From IMG/VR virus record IMGVR_UViG_3300022719_000025, positions 1-53,181 of that record: a DNA stretch of 53,181 nt; one strand, written 5' to 3'. The number at the start of each line of letters is the position of its first letter. Within the stretch, counting starts at the first letter, position 1. Source of the DNA: a virus. Taxonomy: Duplodnaviria > Caudoviricetes. The notes beneath the pieces are model-generated. The model was not told the origin of the DNA. It made no database searches and saw nothing but the letters and a program-made list of their open reading frames with translations. The position numbers and the translations under genes were made by a program. Positions 29,879 to 39,924 of the stretch are shown here, in pieces.

Positions 29879-30291
29879 TATGTCATCTTTCCACAGTCAA
29901 CCATGTAAGGTATAGGCACCCTAGGGTTCTTCTTCTTGGCCCAATCCCAGCGATCTTGGTCCTGTATGATTTCCTCTGCCTCCTTAGTGATCTTCTCCTT
30001 TTCCCTATGTAGGTATCGACGTTTGAGAGCTTTCCAGTCTACCCCGCCCCAACCTTGACGGATCATCTTAACAAAGGATGGGTCACTCATCGCCTCCATA
30101 TGAGGGCCTAGGTCCTCTATTTCTTCAACTACCTTACTGTTCTTGTGGAGCCAGCACCCTAGAATCCACTGTCCTGTTTCCAAGTGGAAGAAGGTCATTA
30201 TATCTCGACACTTGAGTGCTCTGCTAAAGAAGTTTGAGGCTATAGTCTTCTTCACAACGTGCTTGTCGTTGCGAATAATCGTGAATGACAT
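29878..30291 (-). CDS. Hypothetical protein
   Basis: 137 aa, GGGAGG RBS, TAATG coupling to the next gene. Confidence 0.6.
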   Translation of the reverse strand: MSFTIIRNDKHVVKKTIASNFFSRALKCRDIMTFFHLETGQWILGCWLHKNSKVVEEIEDLGPHMEAMSDPSFVKMIRQGWGGVDWKALKRRYLHREKEKITKEAEEIIQDQDRWDWAKKKNPRVPIPYMVDCGKMT

Positions 30292-30327
30292 ACTGTTCCT
30301 CCCTTAGTTGTTCCTCCTCTAACAATC

Positions 30328-30369
30328 AAGGACCGAGTACCGAGTGTATACCCGATACTCGGCCCTTTT
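30328..30369 (-). terminator. Long hairpin downstream of the major capsid gene (probable intrinsic terminator)
   Basis: GGGCCGAGTATCGGGT-ATAC-ACTCGGTACTCGGTCC on the - strand. Confidence 0.65.
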
Positions 30370-30395
30370 GGGAGGAGGAGGTTTATGCTATCCTA

Positions 30396-31904
30396 CTAGT
30401 CAATCACTTCCGTGATGCCAGTAAGCTTCATCCAGTTCGGCTGTGCAGGCATGATGTTCCACTGCCGCAGGAACGGTGCTTCCACAAAGTCCGTCGTAGC
30501 ACCGGAGGTAGAGTGTGCATGTTTGAAGATGCCCATCACACCACCAGGTCCGCTCAACGAAGCAATGAACTCGACTTCCGTACCGAACCGACTATCTACC
30601 TTCGCACCAGGAATGGGCGGTGGTACATAGCGAGTGAGACCGCCGTTACGCATCCGACCGGCGTACATATATCCGGGGTTCACGTAAGTGGAGGTGAACA
30701 TATCAACCGGACGGCTGGCAAAGCGGTAGCGGAACGCATCCCAACCAGCTTCAACAGTCAAGGGTCGCCCATTCCGGTCATAACGGTTACGACCAGATGC
30801 AGCGTCCGAGCTTGCCTGATTTCCAGAGTCGATGTTGTCAATGAAACCATTGAGAACACCCATCGTAGTGAGAGCAGTATCCACCCTTCGACCCGGAAAC
30901 GCCTCAAAGAACGCGGCAAACTTGGAGTTCAGGACATTTTCAGTAAGAGCCTGCCCAATCGAGGACGGTACGTAGCTCTTGTACTGGCCGTAGTTACGCA
31001 CGTCGATTCCGAAGAACGACGTAACAGTTGATCCGTCAGCAATGAAAGATTCAAGGCCCTTCGGCGTCTGATTCAGAGAATCCTTAATGACAACGATGTC
31101 ATTGTCTCCGCCCGAGCCATCGTAGGAAACTCCACCACCAAGAGTCGTTGTTACTTGGAATTCTCCTCCGTCTACACGACGAATAGTAACTGTCTTGGCG
31201 AGAGGGTCTACGTTATCCACTACAAGGAAGAAGCCTTGGTTACGCTTCGTTGCACCCGTAGAGTCGTAGATGTCCACCAACATACCAGGGCGGAAGCGAT
31301 GGATTCGACCACTAGCATTTGTGCCTGAAATGTCGAACAACATAGCTGCCGTATCTGCACTCGGTGTAGTCTTGTTGCTGGCGTTTGCGGAGGTGTCCCC
31401 GATGTCCGCCAGTTCACCCGTAGTTGCGGACACACTGTAGAACGAGGTGGCTTCCTGCTGTGCCAGCAAGTCGCCAACGCCCTTGAGGTTTTGTGCGACG
31501 ACCGAACCGATGGAGGCATTGAGACGGTCTGCACGCATGATTGTATGAGGAAGGTAGAAGTTACCACGGTGCTCAATCAGCGACACGTTCGACTGAACGA
31601 AGGCTGGAGTCGTAGTCTCATCTACCGATTGAAAGGTTTGAGGAGTATCGTAGACGTTGAAGTTGTTGGGCCCAGAGATGACGTTACCACCCTGAGCGTC
31701 CGTAAACTTCGCACCGCCTGCAATACCCGTAACCCACGTTTTGAGTACCTGCCACCCACGACCAATACCACGATTCTTAACCACATTCATGGAAGAACGC
31801 TGGATCATCGGGAAAACAGGGTCCAACTCCCAGAGAGACTCGTGGATCGTCGGGACGATCTTCTGCTCAATAGTAAGTTGGATAGCATCACTAATGGTTG
31901 CCAT
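30396..31904 (-). CDS. Major capsid protein (HK97 fold inferred) with insertion domain
   Basis: 502 aa after scaffold, followed by terminator-like hairpin; PKGLESFI, FFGIDVRNY, KLTGITE patterns. Confidence 0.8.
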   Translation of the reverse strand: MATISDAIQLTIEQKIVPTIHESLWELDPVFPMIQRSSMNVVKNRGIGRGWQVLKTWVTGIAGGAKFTDAQGGNVISGPNNFNVYDTPQTFQSVDETTTPAFVQSNVSLIEHRGNFYLPHTIMRADRLNASIGSVVAQNLKGVGDLLAQQEATSFYSVSATTGELADIGDTSANASNKTTPSADTAAMLFDISGTNASGRIHRFRPGMLVDIYDSTGATKRNQGFFLVVDNVDPLAKTVTIRRVDGGEFQVTTTLGGGVSYDGSGGDNDIVVIKDSLNQTPKGLESFIADGSTVTSFFGIDVRNYGQYKSYVPSSIGQALTENVLNSKFAAFFEAFPGRRVDTALTTMGVLNGFIDNIDSGNQASSDAASGRNRYDRNGRPLTVEAGWDAFRYRFASRPVDMFTSTYVNPGYMYAGRMRNGGLTRYVPPPIPGAKVDSRFGTEVEFIASLSGPGGVMGIFKHAHSTSGATTDFVEAPFLRQWNIMPAQPNWMKLTGITEVID

Positions 31905-31939
31905 CGAATAAAATCCCTATCTGCCTGTGCTGAAAAAAA

Positions 31940-32881
31940 CTATCGACCGTCTTCTGCATTCCCCGCGTTATACTGGAGGGTATCGAGGATATGCTGGTCG
32001 AAACTATTCTCGCTCGATGAAACATGGTCAGGTTTCTTCATCGGGTAGCCAAGTCCACTTCCGCCACCTGGAGAAGCACCTAAGCCTACACGGCCATGTG
32101 TGCGTTCGGTCGTACCCAGAGCCTCCACAATTTCCCGCACTTCGGCGGTAATATCGGGGAGGATTTGGCTACCGTCTCCAAAGTCGCCTCCGTATCTTCC
32201 GAGTCGCCCTTGAATCTTCTCATTCACCAGTTTCTGGACTGCCCCCTGAGCCTCAGGGGACATCCTCTTTAAATTATAGGACAGAACTTCGTCTTTGTCA
32301 AGTGCTTCTTTTACAGCATCTGAAATTCTTTGCCGTTCTGCCAGCCTCATCACCCTCTGTAGGTCGGGGGACAATGAGTTATAATCAATCTTTTGAGGTC
32401 GCTGACCCTGGTTCTGGGGGAAAGCGGCCTGCATTTCGGCCAAAACATCCCCCTCACCATCGTCCCAATCGTCGTCATCCTCCTGGTCCAAGCCCAGATC
32501 GTCGACAATGGCCTCTACTTCATTTCCAGGAACTCCGTAGGCGGCTCCTAGTCTGCGGAATGCGTCTACGTCCCCGTGCTTAATAGCCGCCTCCATGTCG
32601 GCCTCACGACCCCTGATACCTTCTAATTCACGCTCTTTGGCGGCTGCCTGCTCAAACTTCTCCTGTGCTGAGAGGCCCTTCTGGGCGTCCACTACTAGCT
32701 CGGAAACAGTCTTCTCGATCTCCTGTCCGTTGATCTTGACTGTCACCTTAGAGTTCAGGTCAACGTGGCCGGGCTCTTTCAGTACGTCTGGAGTCGGGTC
32801 AATCGGCACATTGTTGAGACCTGCATCCTCCTCCTCTGCTGCGAATCGCCCTTGCGTTGGGTAGTCTCGCTCATTCATCAT
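31940..32881 (-). CDS. Capsid scaffolding protein
   Basis: VTVKINGQEIEKTVSEL...QKG...EKFEQAA, acidic; between portal and capsid. Confidence 0.75.
   Translation of the reverse strand: MMNERDYPTQGRFAAEEEDAGLNNVPIDPTPDVLKEPGHVDLNSKVTVKINGQEIEKTVSELVVDAQKGLSAQEKFEQAAAKERELEGIRGREADMEAAIKHGDVDAFRRLGAAYGVPGNEVEAIVDDLGLDQEDDDDWDDGEGDVLAEMQAAFPQNQGQRPQKIDYNSLSPDLQRVMRLAERQRISDAVKEALDKDEVLSYNLKRMSPEAQGAVQKLVNEKIQGRLGRYGGDFGDGSQILPDITAEVREIVEALGTTERTHGRVGLGASPGGGSGLGYPMKKPDHVSSSENSFDQHILDTLQYNAGNAEDGR
32273..32301 (-). promoter_or_regulatory. Perfect sigma70 promoter TTGACA-N17-TATAAT inside the scaffold gene, pointing to the capsid gene
   Basis: -35 at 32296-32301, -10 at 32273-32278. Confidence 0.75.
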
Positions 32882-32887
32882 ATACTC

Positions 32888-34960
32888 CTATAATGGCCCC
32901 CCAGGTGAAATTCCTGGGGGTATACCGAGCGATTGATTGCCCGGTCTCTGCTGGCCTCCGGCTGCCTGCATTTGGGCAGCTACCTCGGGGGCTGGAAGTC
33001 CGGCTGGGAAGTTCTTTCCTGCCAGAATCTCTAGGTCAGTCTTCCAATTCTCGAAAGCCTCTCGGACTTCCTTGGACGCAAGACTGAACTCAATCTTGTT
33101 CATAAACTGCTGAATCGCAATCAGGTGGATGTCCGGGTTCTGAGTATGTTCTCCTACCTCAGCGGTCCCCGGAGTCTTACCGTCCCTAAACAGCATGATA
33201 ATTTGCCACGTAACCTTTCTCCATGTCTCCCACAACTCCTTGGGGGCCCCTGGCAATTCAAGGTTTTCTTCCAAGGCTGTAATCCAAAACCTTGTAGGAT
33301 CTACAAGACCCATACCTACAAGTTCTTTTAGTTCCTGCGTGCGAACATCACGGTCCTTTGGAGTTCGGTCTTTAATGTCAACTGCCACTTCCCAAGCATT
33401 CGGGATCGGATTGTCCGAGAGACTGAGAAGCCCGGTCTCACGATCAATGACCACGCCAGCGATAGCGTCGTCAATCGTCGCAAGCTCGATGGTCTGACCC
33501 GGAGCAAGTCGCTCCTTTGCCGACTGGAGCATACGTGCGTATACGCCAGTGAAAGCGTCAGCCAAGCCATTAACAGGTAAGCCAAGCGATATGTTTCCCG
33601 TGTTGAATAAGAAGCCCAGCCCGGCAGCCGAGTCAACTCGTCCAGAAGTCTGCCCTTGGAAGATAGGACCTTGCCCAGCAAGATTCTGTAATTGAGCCTG
33701 AGCGAACTCCGCAATCCTCGATGGACCCGTACCGCTGTTGGCTGGTTGTAGGACCTGTGGCGCAATTTTCGGGTCGAGGGGGTCTGGCTCATAGATTTCC
33801 ACCTTCGGTCTGGGCCCTGTCTTCCACTTCTTAATATCCACACCCATACCACCAGTCAGGAACAAAGTACCGAACTGATCCATCTCCTGGATATTCTTGA
33901 ACAGAGCCGACATCATCTTCTCGATCTGGTCGTTGAGAGGAATCAACGGGGCGACGAAGCCTCGGGCAAACATCTTCCCAACGTCCGTGTGTCTTGCTAT
34001 GTGGAGCGGGCACAGAACTTGTATGCCCTGCTCCTCAAAGTCTTCGTCCCATAAGATGGTCTCTCCGGCCTTTATGATGTAGCGGGCTAGGAACTCTTGG
34101 GTGTCGTCGTAAACGTAAATTTCCTCCAGCGGCACATAGAAGCGACCGTCCTTCTTGCGGATGTCGCCTCCCTCCTTAAACCGTTGGTCTGGACTGAGGT
34201 TCGTACCGATCATATCACTGCGTCTGGCCCTCTGCACACTAGTAGTAGCGGCTTGACCTGCATGATTGTTCATGGACTTATCTGGAGGCAATCCCCCCCA
34301 TGATACGTCCTGTGCTCGAAAGCGTTCCATCGGGTTGGTAATTTTGAACTTCTTGTCGTAGACAGTCTTCATCATCGTTTGCAACCAGTCGAGAGGCACC
34401 CACCTTTTTCGTCCGATGGCTGTCAGATTCTCCGAACCGTCTACCCATGCCGGGTAACCCCTCAACTGACGAGGGTGGATGATCTCTACCATGTCGGGGT
34501 TAAGCTCCTCGCCAGTCTCGACATGGCTGATACCCACAGTCCCATACTTCAGGAAGGGAATGATGGCCCTCCGCTTCAGCTTGGTTTGTGGTAACTTGTT
34601 GCTGAGACTCCCAAGGGCTGCATTCGCGATAGCTGCCTTACGCAGAGCCCCCAACGACTCCCCCTTCTTGGAGGCTATCGGGCTAATGTCCATCTTCATG
34701 TAGCGGCCTACCTCAGACAGGTAGACCCTCACAATCTCCTCATACCTCATGTCCAGTTCACCCTTGGAATTCTCGAAAGCAAGGGTCATATTACCGGACC
34801 ATCGGTCCAAAATTTTGAAGCGGCGAACGCCCGACAGGTAAGCGTCAATAATCTTATGACTGGTCAGATGAATGTTGGCCTCTTGCTCGCTGGCAATCGA
34901 CTCCGCATCCAGTGCTTCCACCAGATCAGCCTCTTTCTTGGGGAGATTCATTCTACTCAT
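32888..34960 (-). CDS. Portal protein
   Basis: 690 aa between TerL and scaffold; KYGTVG, ARGFVAPLIPLNDQIEK, GRVDSAAG, Q/P/G-rich tail. Confidence 0.8.
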   Translation of the reverse strand: MSRMNLPKKEADLVEALDAESIASEQEANIHLTSHKIIDAYLSGVRRFKILDRWSGNMTLAFENSKGELDMRYEEIVRVYLSEVGRYMKMDISPIASKKGESLGALRKAAIANAALGSLSNKLPQTKLKRRAIIPFLKYGTVGISHVETGEELNPDMVEIIHPRQLRGYPAWVDGSENLTAIGRKRWVPLDWLQTMMKTVYDKKFKITNPMERFRAQDVSWGGLPPDKSMNNHAGQAATTSVQRARRSDMIGTNLSPDQRFKEGGDIRKKDGRFYVPLEEIYVYDDTQEFLARYIIKAGETILWDEDFEEQGIQVLCPLHIARHTDVGKMFARGFVAPLIPLNDQIEKMMSALFKNIQEMDQFGTLFLTGGMGVDIKKWKTGPRPKVEIYEPDPLDPKIAPQVLQPANSGTGPSRIAEFAQAQLQNLAGQGPIFQGQTSGRVDSAAGLGFLFNTGNISLGLPVNGLADAFTGVYARMLQSAKERLAPGQTIELATIDDAIAGVVIDRETGLLSLSDNPIPNAWEVAVDIKDRTPKDRDVRTQELKELVGMGLVDPTRFWITALEENLELPGAPKELWETWRKVTWQIIMLFRDGKTPGTAEVGEHTQNPDIHLIAIQQFMNKIEFSLASKEVREAFENWKTDLEILAGKNFPAGLPAPEVAAQMQAAGGQQRPGNQSLGIPPGISPGGPL

Positions 34961-35301
34961 TAGGGCATCCTGACTTCAATGTGTCCCTTTGGGGGCCATT
35001 CTTCTTCGCCGTCTTCCGTCCATCCGCCATCTTGTTCACCATGTAGAGGAGTAGAGTCCATTCTCTCCTGTGCTCGAACGGCTACAGCATCCCTAGATCG
35101 TCCCCGATCCACCATAGCCATCTCAATCACCTTGTCGGACATCTTGCTGACCATCATATAGTTCTGCTCTTTTAGGCTCTTGATCTCCTCATTCAATCTG
35201 ATGATCTCACGATGAAGGTCACCCAATTCTCGGGAATTACTGAGACACAGATCGCCCAAGGTCTTCTGGCTCTCCAGAAACTTCTTCTTCCAACTGAACA
35301 T
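34960..35301 (-). CDS. Hypothetical coiled-coil protein
   Basis: 113 aa between terL and portal, GAGG RBS. Confidence 0.6.
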   Translation of the reverse strand: MFSWKKKFLESQKTLGDLCLSNSRELGDLHREIIRLNEEIKSLKEQNYMMVSKMSDKVIEMAMVDRGRSRDAVAVRAQERMDSTPLHGEQDGGWTEDGEEEWPPKGHIEVRMP

Positions 35302-35311
35302 TCCTCGCTCC

Positions 35312-37180
35312 TTATAGGCACTCGAAAGGGTTGCCCAAATAGTCGTCGTCTAGTCCGTATTCTTCGTGGGCTGCCTCACGCCGTTCGTTGAGGAGCCGGT
35401 CAAGTACATCCGGGGGGATGTCACTCGCGTTTATTCCTGACATACAGGGGATTCCGCAGTACTCGGCTTCCCCGTTGTCGAGTTTCTCTACCAGATTGGC
35501 GGGCTTATAGACATCAGGTGCCTTCGACCTTGACTGTTTGCCAATACACTGGTGCATAGCAAGAGTGTCGAGGCAGTCGTCATGATCGAGGAGTGCCATA
35601 TCTTCAGTAAAGTTTTCGGTTTCGTACCATAGTCTCCGGTAGCCAGCCAAAGTGTCTTTTAGGTGGAGTGGGTACTTAACTCGGAACTGACTGAATCGCC
35701 ATTCCATCCCCAGGAACTTATCCACCTTTTCAACGTGAGGAGGGAACTTGAGGGGAATAACTCTAGGGGCAACTCCCCGTCCGCCTCCGAACATACTGGG
35801 CAACTGATCTTTGACCCGTTCATAGAATTCGCTAAACACCGGGTATGCCTCAACCCCGATGAGAGGGACTTGCCACTTAATCGCCATTTGATAAAGGCGT
35901 CGAACCAATTCTTCATAGCGGACTCGTCCCATCCAGATATCAAGGGAGTAGAGTGTGTCACGATGGTCGTGAGTGTTCTCGAATCCGAGACAATGCACAA
36001 CCGAATAGTCGCTTGTGTCGGTAGTGGTTCGGGCCGTATCGACAGTGATGAACCGTCTCATCCCTCCCAGTACGTCGCTCCATTTACGGATGATCTTACT
36101 CGGGATAGGTCGCTTGTTGTCACCTTCTCCTGTGTACCCTCCGAGTTGGTGGGAGACAACCAACGCCTGAGAGTTGATAGGATCGTCTGTAGCGTTTTGG
36201 TCTACGTCCTCCAGCCAGTAGGTGTTCAATTCCGGGTGAACATCCAAGATTCGTTCTGCATCCGTCGTCGGAGCATTCATGTACTGTGCAGAGAAGGCCG
36301 CTGCCCCCATCTGCTGCTTCATGTCCTGCTGCCATTGCTCGCCCATGACATCCCAGTCCATGTCCTTGATGTTCATCAAGGTTCGTTTCCAGAAGTCACG
36401 GACTCGCTTATCTTTTGTGGTGTATAGCCAGTAGATGAACATACGTCTATGGTATAAAGTCCCGATGATACGCATAGGTATAGTGCCTCCGGGCGATCGG
36501 GACATGGGATAGATGGCGTTAAAGAAGAAGGCTTCAAAGTTTTCCCTCAAATCACTCGGAGTTTGAACCAGATCATCAGACTTTTCCACGTCATCGAACA
36601 CCACGAGGCCAGATGGGCGAGTTCCAAGTGATGCACCAGTGATAGGTATAGCAGTAACTCTACATCCATTTGTCAACTCCATGCAGGAACCGCGATTCCA
36701 GATTCCCGTCCCTCGGGGGGGCTTCAGTTTTCCGAAGTCATCCACGATCAGGGGGTTGTTCTCCACCTGGTCCATCAGACGCCCCAGACGATCTACCGCG
36801 AAATTTCGGGTGCTCAGAAAGAGGGCGCACTCCCAGTAGGTTTTGGAGACGATCTGACTAAGGATGTCCTCCATGTTGATGGTGGTCTTAGCAGTTCCAC
36901 GGGGGGCGGCGTGAACAAGCATCGGGTACTTACTCCAGTCGTGGAGCCACTGGTAATGGCTAACCGGACTTGGAGTGTACCCGTTCTTGTACCACTGATA
37001 CCCCGAGGGAATCAAGTAGGTTTCCCGGAAGAATGCCCATCTGGCCACGTCCAAGTCAGGTCGCCCACCTACACGGCAAGCGTTGACTCGTGCCTTCTTC
37101 TGCCCTTCCTTCGTCAGGCGAGGGTAGTCGGCTGGCAGCGGCCAGAAGGGGTTATTCTTCCGTGGGAAAACTACAGCCAT
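35312..37180 (-). CDS. terL: Terminase large subunit
   Basis: PRGTAKTT Walker A, VVFDDVE Walker B, IIGT, FITVDTA and DYS nuclease motifs, HDDCLD. Confidence 0.93.
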   Translation of the reverse strand: MAVVFPRKNNPFWPLPADYPRLTKEGQKKARVNACRVGGRPDLDVARWAFFRETYLIPSGYQWYKNGYTPSPVSHYQWLHDWSKYPMLVHAAPRGTAKTTINMEDILSQIVSKTYWECALFLSTRNFAVDRLGRLMDQVENNPLIVDDFGKLKPPRGTGIWNRGSCMELTNGCRVTAIPITGASLGTRPSGLVVFDDVEKSDDLVQTPSDLRENFEAFFFNAIYPMSRSPGGTIPMRIIGTLYHRRMFIYWLYTTKDKRVRDFWKRTLMNIKDMDWDVMGEQWQQDMKQQMGAAAFSAQYMNAPTTDAERILDVHPELNTYWLEDVDQNATDDPINSQALVVSHQLGGYTGEGDNKRPIPSKIIRKWSDVLGGMRRFITVDTARTTTDTSDYSVVHCLGFENTHDHRDTLYSLDIWMGRVRYEELVRRLYQMAIKWQVPLIGVEAYPVFSEFYERVKDQLPSMFGGGRGVAPRVIPLKFPPHVEKVDKFLGMEWRFSQFRVKYPLHLKDTLAGYRRLWYETENFTEDMALLDHDDCLDTLAMHQCIGKQSRSKAPDVYKPANLVEKLDNGEAEYCGIPCMSGINASDIPPDVLDRLLNERREAAHEEYGLDDDYLGNPFECL

Positions 37181-37501
37181 CTACGACACCAAGAACTCAC
37201 CTTCAGGAAGTTCAGGAGTGGGGATAACCCGGAACCTGTCTTCTCCAATGTAGAAGTCAATAACTTGAGGGTCTGTAAGTTCAGAACTAAACCTCCCTCC
37301 AGTCCCCACATGAACTCTCCCGAGAAAGAGATCAATACCTCGACGAGTGTTGACCTGCCGTTGAACTTCTGGCAGTATTTCTTTCAAGGCGTCAACCAAA
37401 AATGCTTGAACCAAATTCTCATTCACTGTACTACCCGTCGGGGCAGTCATTTCTTCAGTAACCATAGGTTCCATTTCGTATCTCCTAAGTTTAGGTTCCA
37501 A
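37181..37501 (-). CDS. Hypothetical protein
   Basis: Abuts the terL start; true start may be the second Met (AGGAG RBS). Confidence 0.55.
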   Translation of the reverse strand: MEPKLRRYEMEPMVTEEMTAPTGSTVNENLVQAFLVDALKEILPEVQRQVNTRRGIDLFLGRVHVGTGGRFSSELTDPQVIDFYIGEDRFRVIPTPELPEGEFLVS

Positions 37502-38474
37502 TCAATCCGAAGGCCATGAAGCCTGCTACTGCAACAATCAAGGAGGCCGCTCCAGGGGCTGCTACTGCGTGGCCGTGTTGCATGTCAACGATCTTCCGAC
37601 ACTGGTTAATCAGGAATACCGAGTCATTCAGTAGATTGGCGAACCGGGCATCGAATTCTGCTCTCATTTCCGGAGTCCACGAGTTGTACTCGACGTGCCT
37701 ATGGAGGGACGCAATGATCTTCCGGAACCTCCGCAGTGGGTCTTTGACCTTAAAGAAGCCATGGACAGACTCGGCAAGTTCGACCGCTGCCTCAGCTTTT
37801 GGGTTATTCTCGGGCTGTTCATCCACATTCTCGCCACTAGGGAGTGGGAGGGCTTGAAGCGTGAGGGCTTCATCATCGTAGTCGTCGGACTCGGAGATAA
37901 TTGACTCGTCATCGTTCAGGGCTTCCTGATTCTGGTTCGTTTGGGCTGGTCCGAGTGCGACTCGACTCGTTGAGTTTTGTGACTCGTTCGACTCGTTCTG
38001 CGATTGATTCAGAAGTGTGGACTCCTCGTTCTGGCCCAGCATCATCGGCACGTCGGGGTGTGGCTGGGACTCCGAATTTTCCGGCTCCGTCTGGACCGGA
38101 GACTCCGTGCTGGCCGGGGGCGTAAGGCCCGCTTGGGCGGACGCAAATGCCATCATCACCTCGGTCAGTTTGTCCACCTTGTCCGACAACTGGGCTACCC
38201 GGTCCTCCTTCTCGAATTCCGACATCCGAGGTGCTGTCGGGAAGGTCCCCGCCTCCTTCGCTTTCTGTTTGGCCAGTTCCGCCTTGGTCATCCTGCCCGT
38301 TCCCGTCCGCACCTGGTCTGCGTAACTGATGTTGTCCGCCATGTAGTTCTGAGCCTGTTGTACTGACATCATTGCTGCCATTTCCGGGGTCATCCCGTCC
38401 ACTTCGCTCATCTCCTCGGACATCTGCATCCCCGAGTTCTGTTGGAGGGACTGATCTATCTCGTTCTGATTCAT
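37491..38474 (-). CDS. Hypothetical protein, disordered acidic centre and hydrophobic C-terminus
   Basis: 327 aa ORF, GAGG upstream, protein-like composition. Confidence 0.6.
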   Translation of the reverse strand: MNQNEIDQSLQQNSGMQMSEEMSEVDGMTPEMAAMMSVQQAQNYMADNISYADQVRTGTGRMTKAELAKQKAKEAGTFPTAPRMSEFEKEDRVAQLSDKVDKLTEVMMAFASAQAGLTPPASTESPVQTEPENSESQPHPDVPMMLGQNEESTLLNQSQNESNESQNSTSRVALGPAQTNQNQEALNDDESIISESDDYDDEALTLQALPLPSGENVDEQPENNPKAEAAVELAESVHGFFKVKDPLRRFRKIIASLHRHVEYNSWTPEMRAEFDARFANLLNDSVFLINQCRKIVDMQHGHAVAAPGAASLIVAVAGFMAFGLIGT

Positions 38475-38937
38475 TAGCTTCTACCTCTATCAGTTCTGGT
38501 TCTTGTTCACCTCTTTCGAGGAGGTTGAGGGTGTCTTGGAGACGTGCGGACCCTTCTTCCATAACTCGGAGACCATCTTGGCCATACTCGACAGTGGTCC
38601 CGTTTTCGAGTTGACGAGTAAGTCGCAACCGCTCCTCACGTATGAGTCCACCGAGGACCATACCCTCTCTAGCTTTCTTATCAAGGATTTGAATCGCGGC
38701 GAGCTTTTCTCGGACTGAGACTTCTGGGGTGGCGTCGACTGTACCATTCGCTTTCTCCTTGTAGACTACCTCGTCGTTGCGAACCATATCCACCAGCGTC
38801 TTAACCATCTCATCGACAGTCCAACCATTAGTAGAGAATGCTCCACCGATTTCTCCCGGCATGAAAAATGAGGCGAGGTTCTCCTCCCCACCGGCAATGA
38901 TCTCATGCTTCTCTGATTTCTTAATATCGGCCATCAC
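37909..38937 (-). CDS. Hypothetical protein, terminase small subunit candidate
   Basis: N-terminal about 155 aa helical (VSVREKLAAIQILDK), own promoter, upstream of terL; C-terminal about 188 codons overlap the next gene. Confidence 0.45.
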   Translation of the reverse strand: MMADIKKSEKHEIIAGGEENLASFFMPGEIGGAFSTNGWTVDEMVKTLVDMVRNDEVVYKEKANGTVDATPEVSVREKLAAIQILDKKAREGMVLGGLIREERLRLTRQLENGTTVEYGQDGLRVMEEGSARLQDTLNLLERGEQEPELIEVEANESERDRSVPPTELGDADVRGDERSGRDDPGNGSNDVSTTGSELHGGQHQLRRPGADGNGQDDQGGTGQTESEGGGDLPDSTSDVGIREGGPGSPVVGQGGQTDRGDDGICVRPSGPYAPGQHGVSGPDGAGKFGVPATPRRADDAGPERGVHTSESIAERVERVTKLNESSRTRTSPNEPESGSPER

Positions 38938-39326
38938 CGCCTCTTTATTCTAGTCTTCTTGTCGTAGGAAGTCAAGCCCTGTTTGAGGGTCTTTGCCAAA
39001 CCCTTGACTCTTTCCCTAATCACTTCCTTGGTCAGGGTGCCATAAAGGACGCCTGCCAGTTCGAGGTTCAGCCGGGCCAACTCCTTCTGGTTACGCAGAG
39101 CTTCAGGAAGGGCCAACGTAAACAGTTCGTTCTCCAAGCTAAACAGACTAATGTACCTTACTGGATGGTCAGGCATCTTTATTGTAGGGATCTTTAAGGC
39201 CCCCAGTAGCTTTTCTACTGCCTTGACCGTAATACCCCAGTCCTTAGCCAGACCTTCCAGGCTGACTAGTATGAGGCCGCCGCCAATTTTGATTCGATCC
39301 GGCTGCATGATGTTTGTTACTTGCAC
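38934..39326 (-). CDS. Putative helix-turn-helix DNA-binding protein
   Basis: SLEGLAKDWGITVKAVEKLL HTH-like pattern. Confidence 0.5.
   Translation of the reverse strand: MQVTNIMQPDRIKIGGGLILVSLEGLAKDWGITVKAVEKLLGALKIPTIKMPDHPVRYISLFSLENELFTLALPEALRNQKELARLNLELAGVLYGTLTKEVIRERVKGLAKTLKQGLTSYDKKTRIKRR
38947..38975 (-). promoter_or_regulatory. Sigma70-type promoter TTGACT-N17-TAGAAT
   Basis: -35 at 38970-38975, -10 at 38947-38952. Confidence 0.6.
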
Positions 39327-39694
39327 CCTTCTCCCGCCGCGGGGCAGCCCTGAATTTCGGCCAATTTCGCCAACTGCTCCCTATAGATCCTCTGAGCCCT
39401 CTCCCCTACCGATTCCGGGCGACTCTCTGTAGCTCCCTTGAGGATCTCATTCCCACTAGCTTTAGGGTCTGTCCTACCTGTAGAGCCAAGGCACTTCCTA
39501 CAAGACCACCCTCTCTTTCTTATCTCCTCCTTTATAGTCCTGATAGTCATACCGGGGGTGTAAACCAATTCGGAAAGTAATTTCTCTCCGGGCCCTAGAT
39601 ACCCTCTACACCTCAAAGGCTTACCACAAAACCTACACTTCTGACCCTTTCTAGCTCTAACTACAAACTTCTGAACCTTGGCTCTCCTACTCAT
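39317..39694 (-). CDS. Basic zinc-finger protein
   Basis: CRFC...CRKC. Confidence 0.55.
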   Translation of the reverse strand: MSRRAKVQKFVVRARKGQKCRFCGKPLRCRGYLGPGEKLLSELVYTPGMTIRTIKEEIRKRGWSCRKCLGSTGRTDPKASGNEILKGATESRPESVGERAQRIYREQLAKLAEIQGCPAAGEGCK

Positions 39695-39866
39695 TCCCTC
39701 TACTCCTCTAATTCTCTACCACCCTTACAGGTTATATTTAACCATAATTGCCACCAAGTAACTGAAATACGAAAAAACGCAAGAAAGTTCAAAAAATTTG
39801 AACCTTCCGGGCGCACGGCGATAGTTGGGTGCAAGTAACAAACATCACGTTTTTCCGCGTCGCCAA

Positions 39867-39895
39867 ATTCTACGCCGCCCGAACGCCGAAGTCAA
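39867..39895 (-). promoter_or_regulatory. Sigma70-type promoter TTGACT-N17-TAGAAT
   Basis: -35 at 39890-39895, -10 at 39867-39872; A-tracts upstream. Confidence 0.7.
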
Positions 39896-39924
39896 AATTT
39901 TTTGAACATTTTTTCGGCCCTCTT

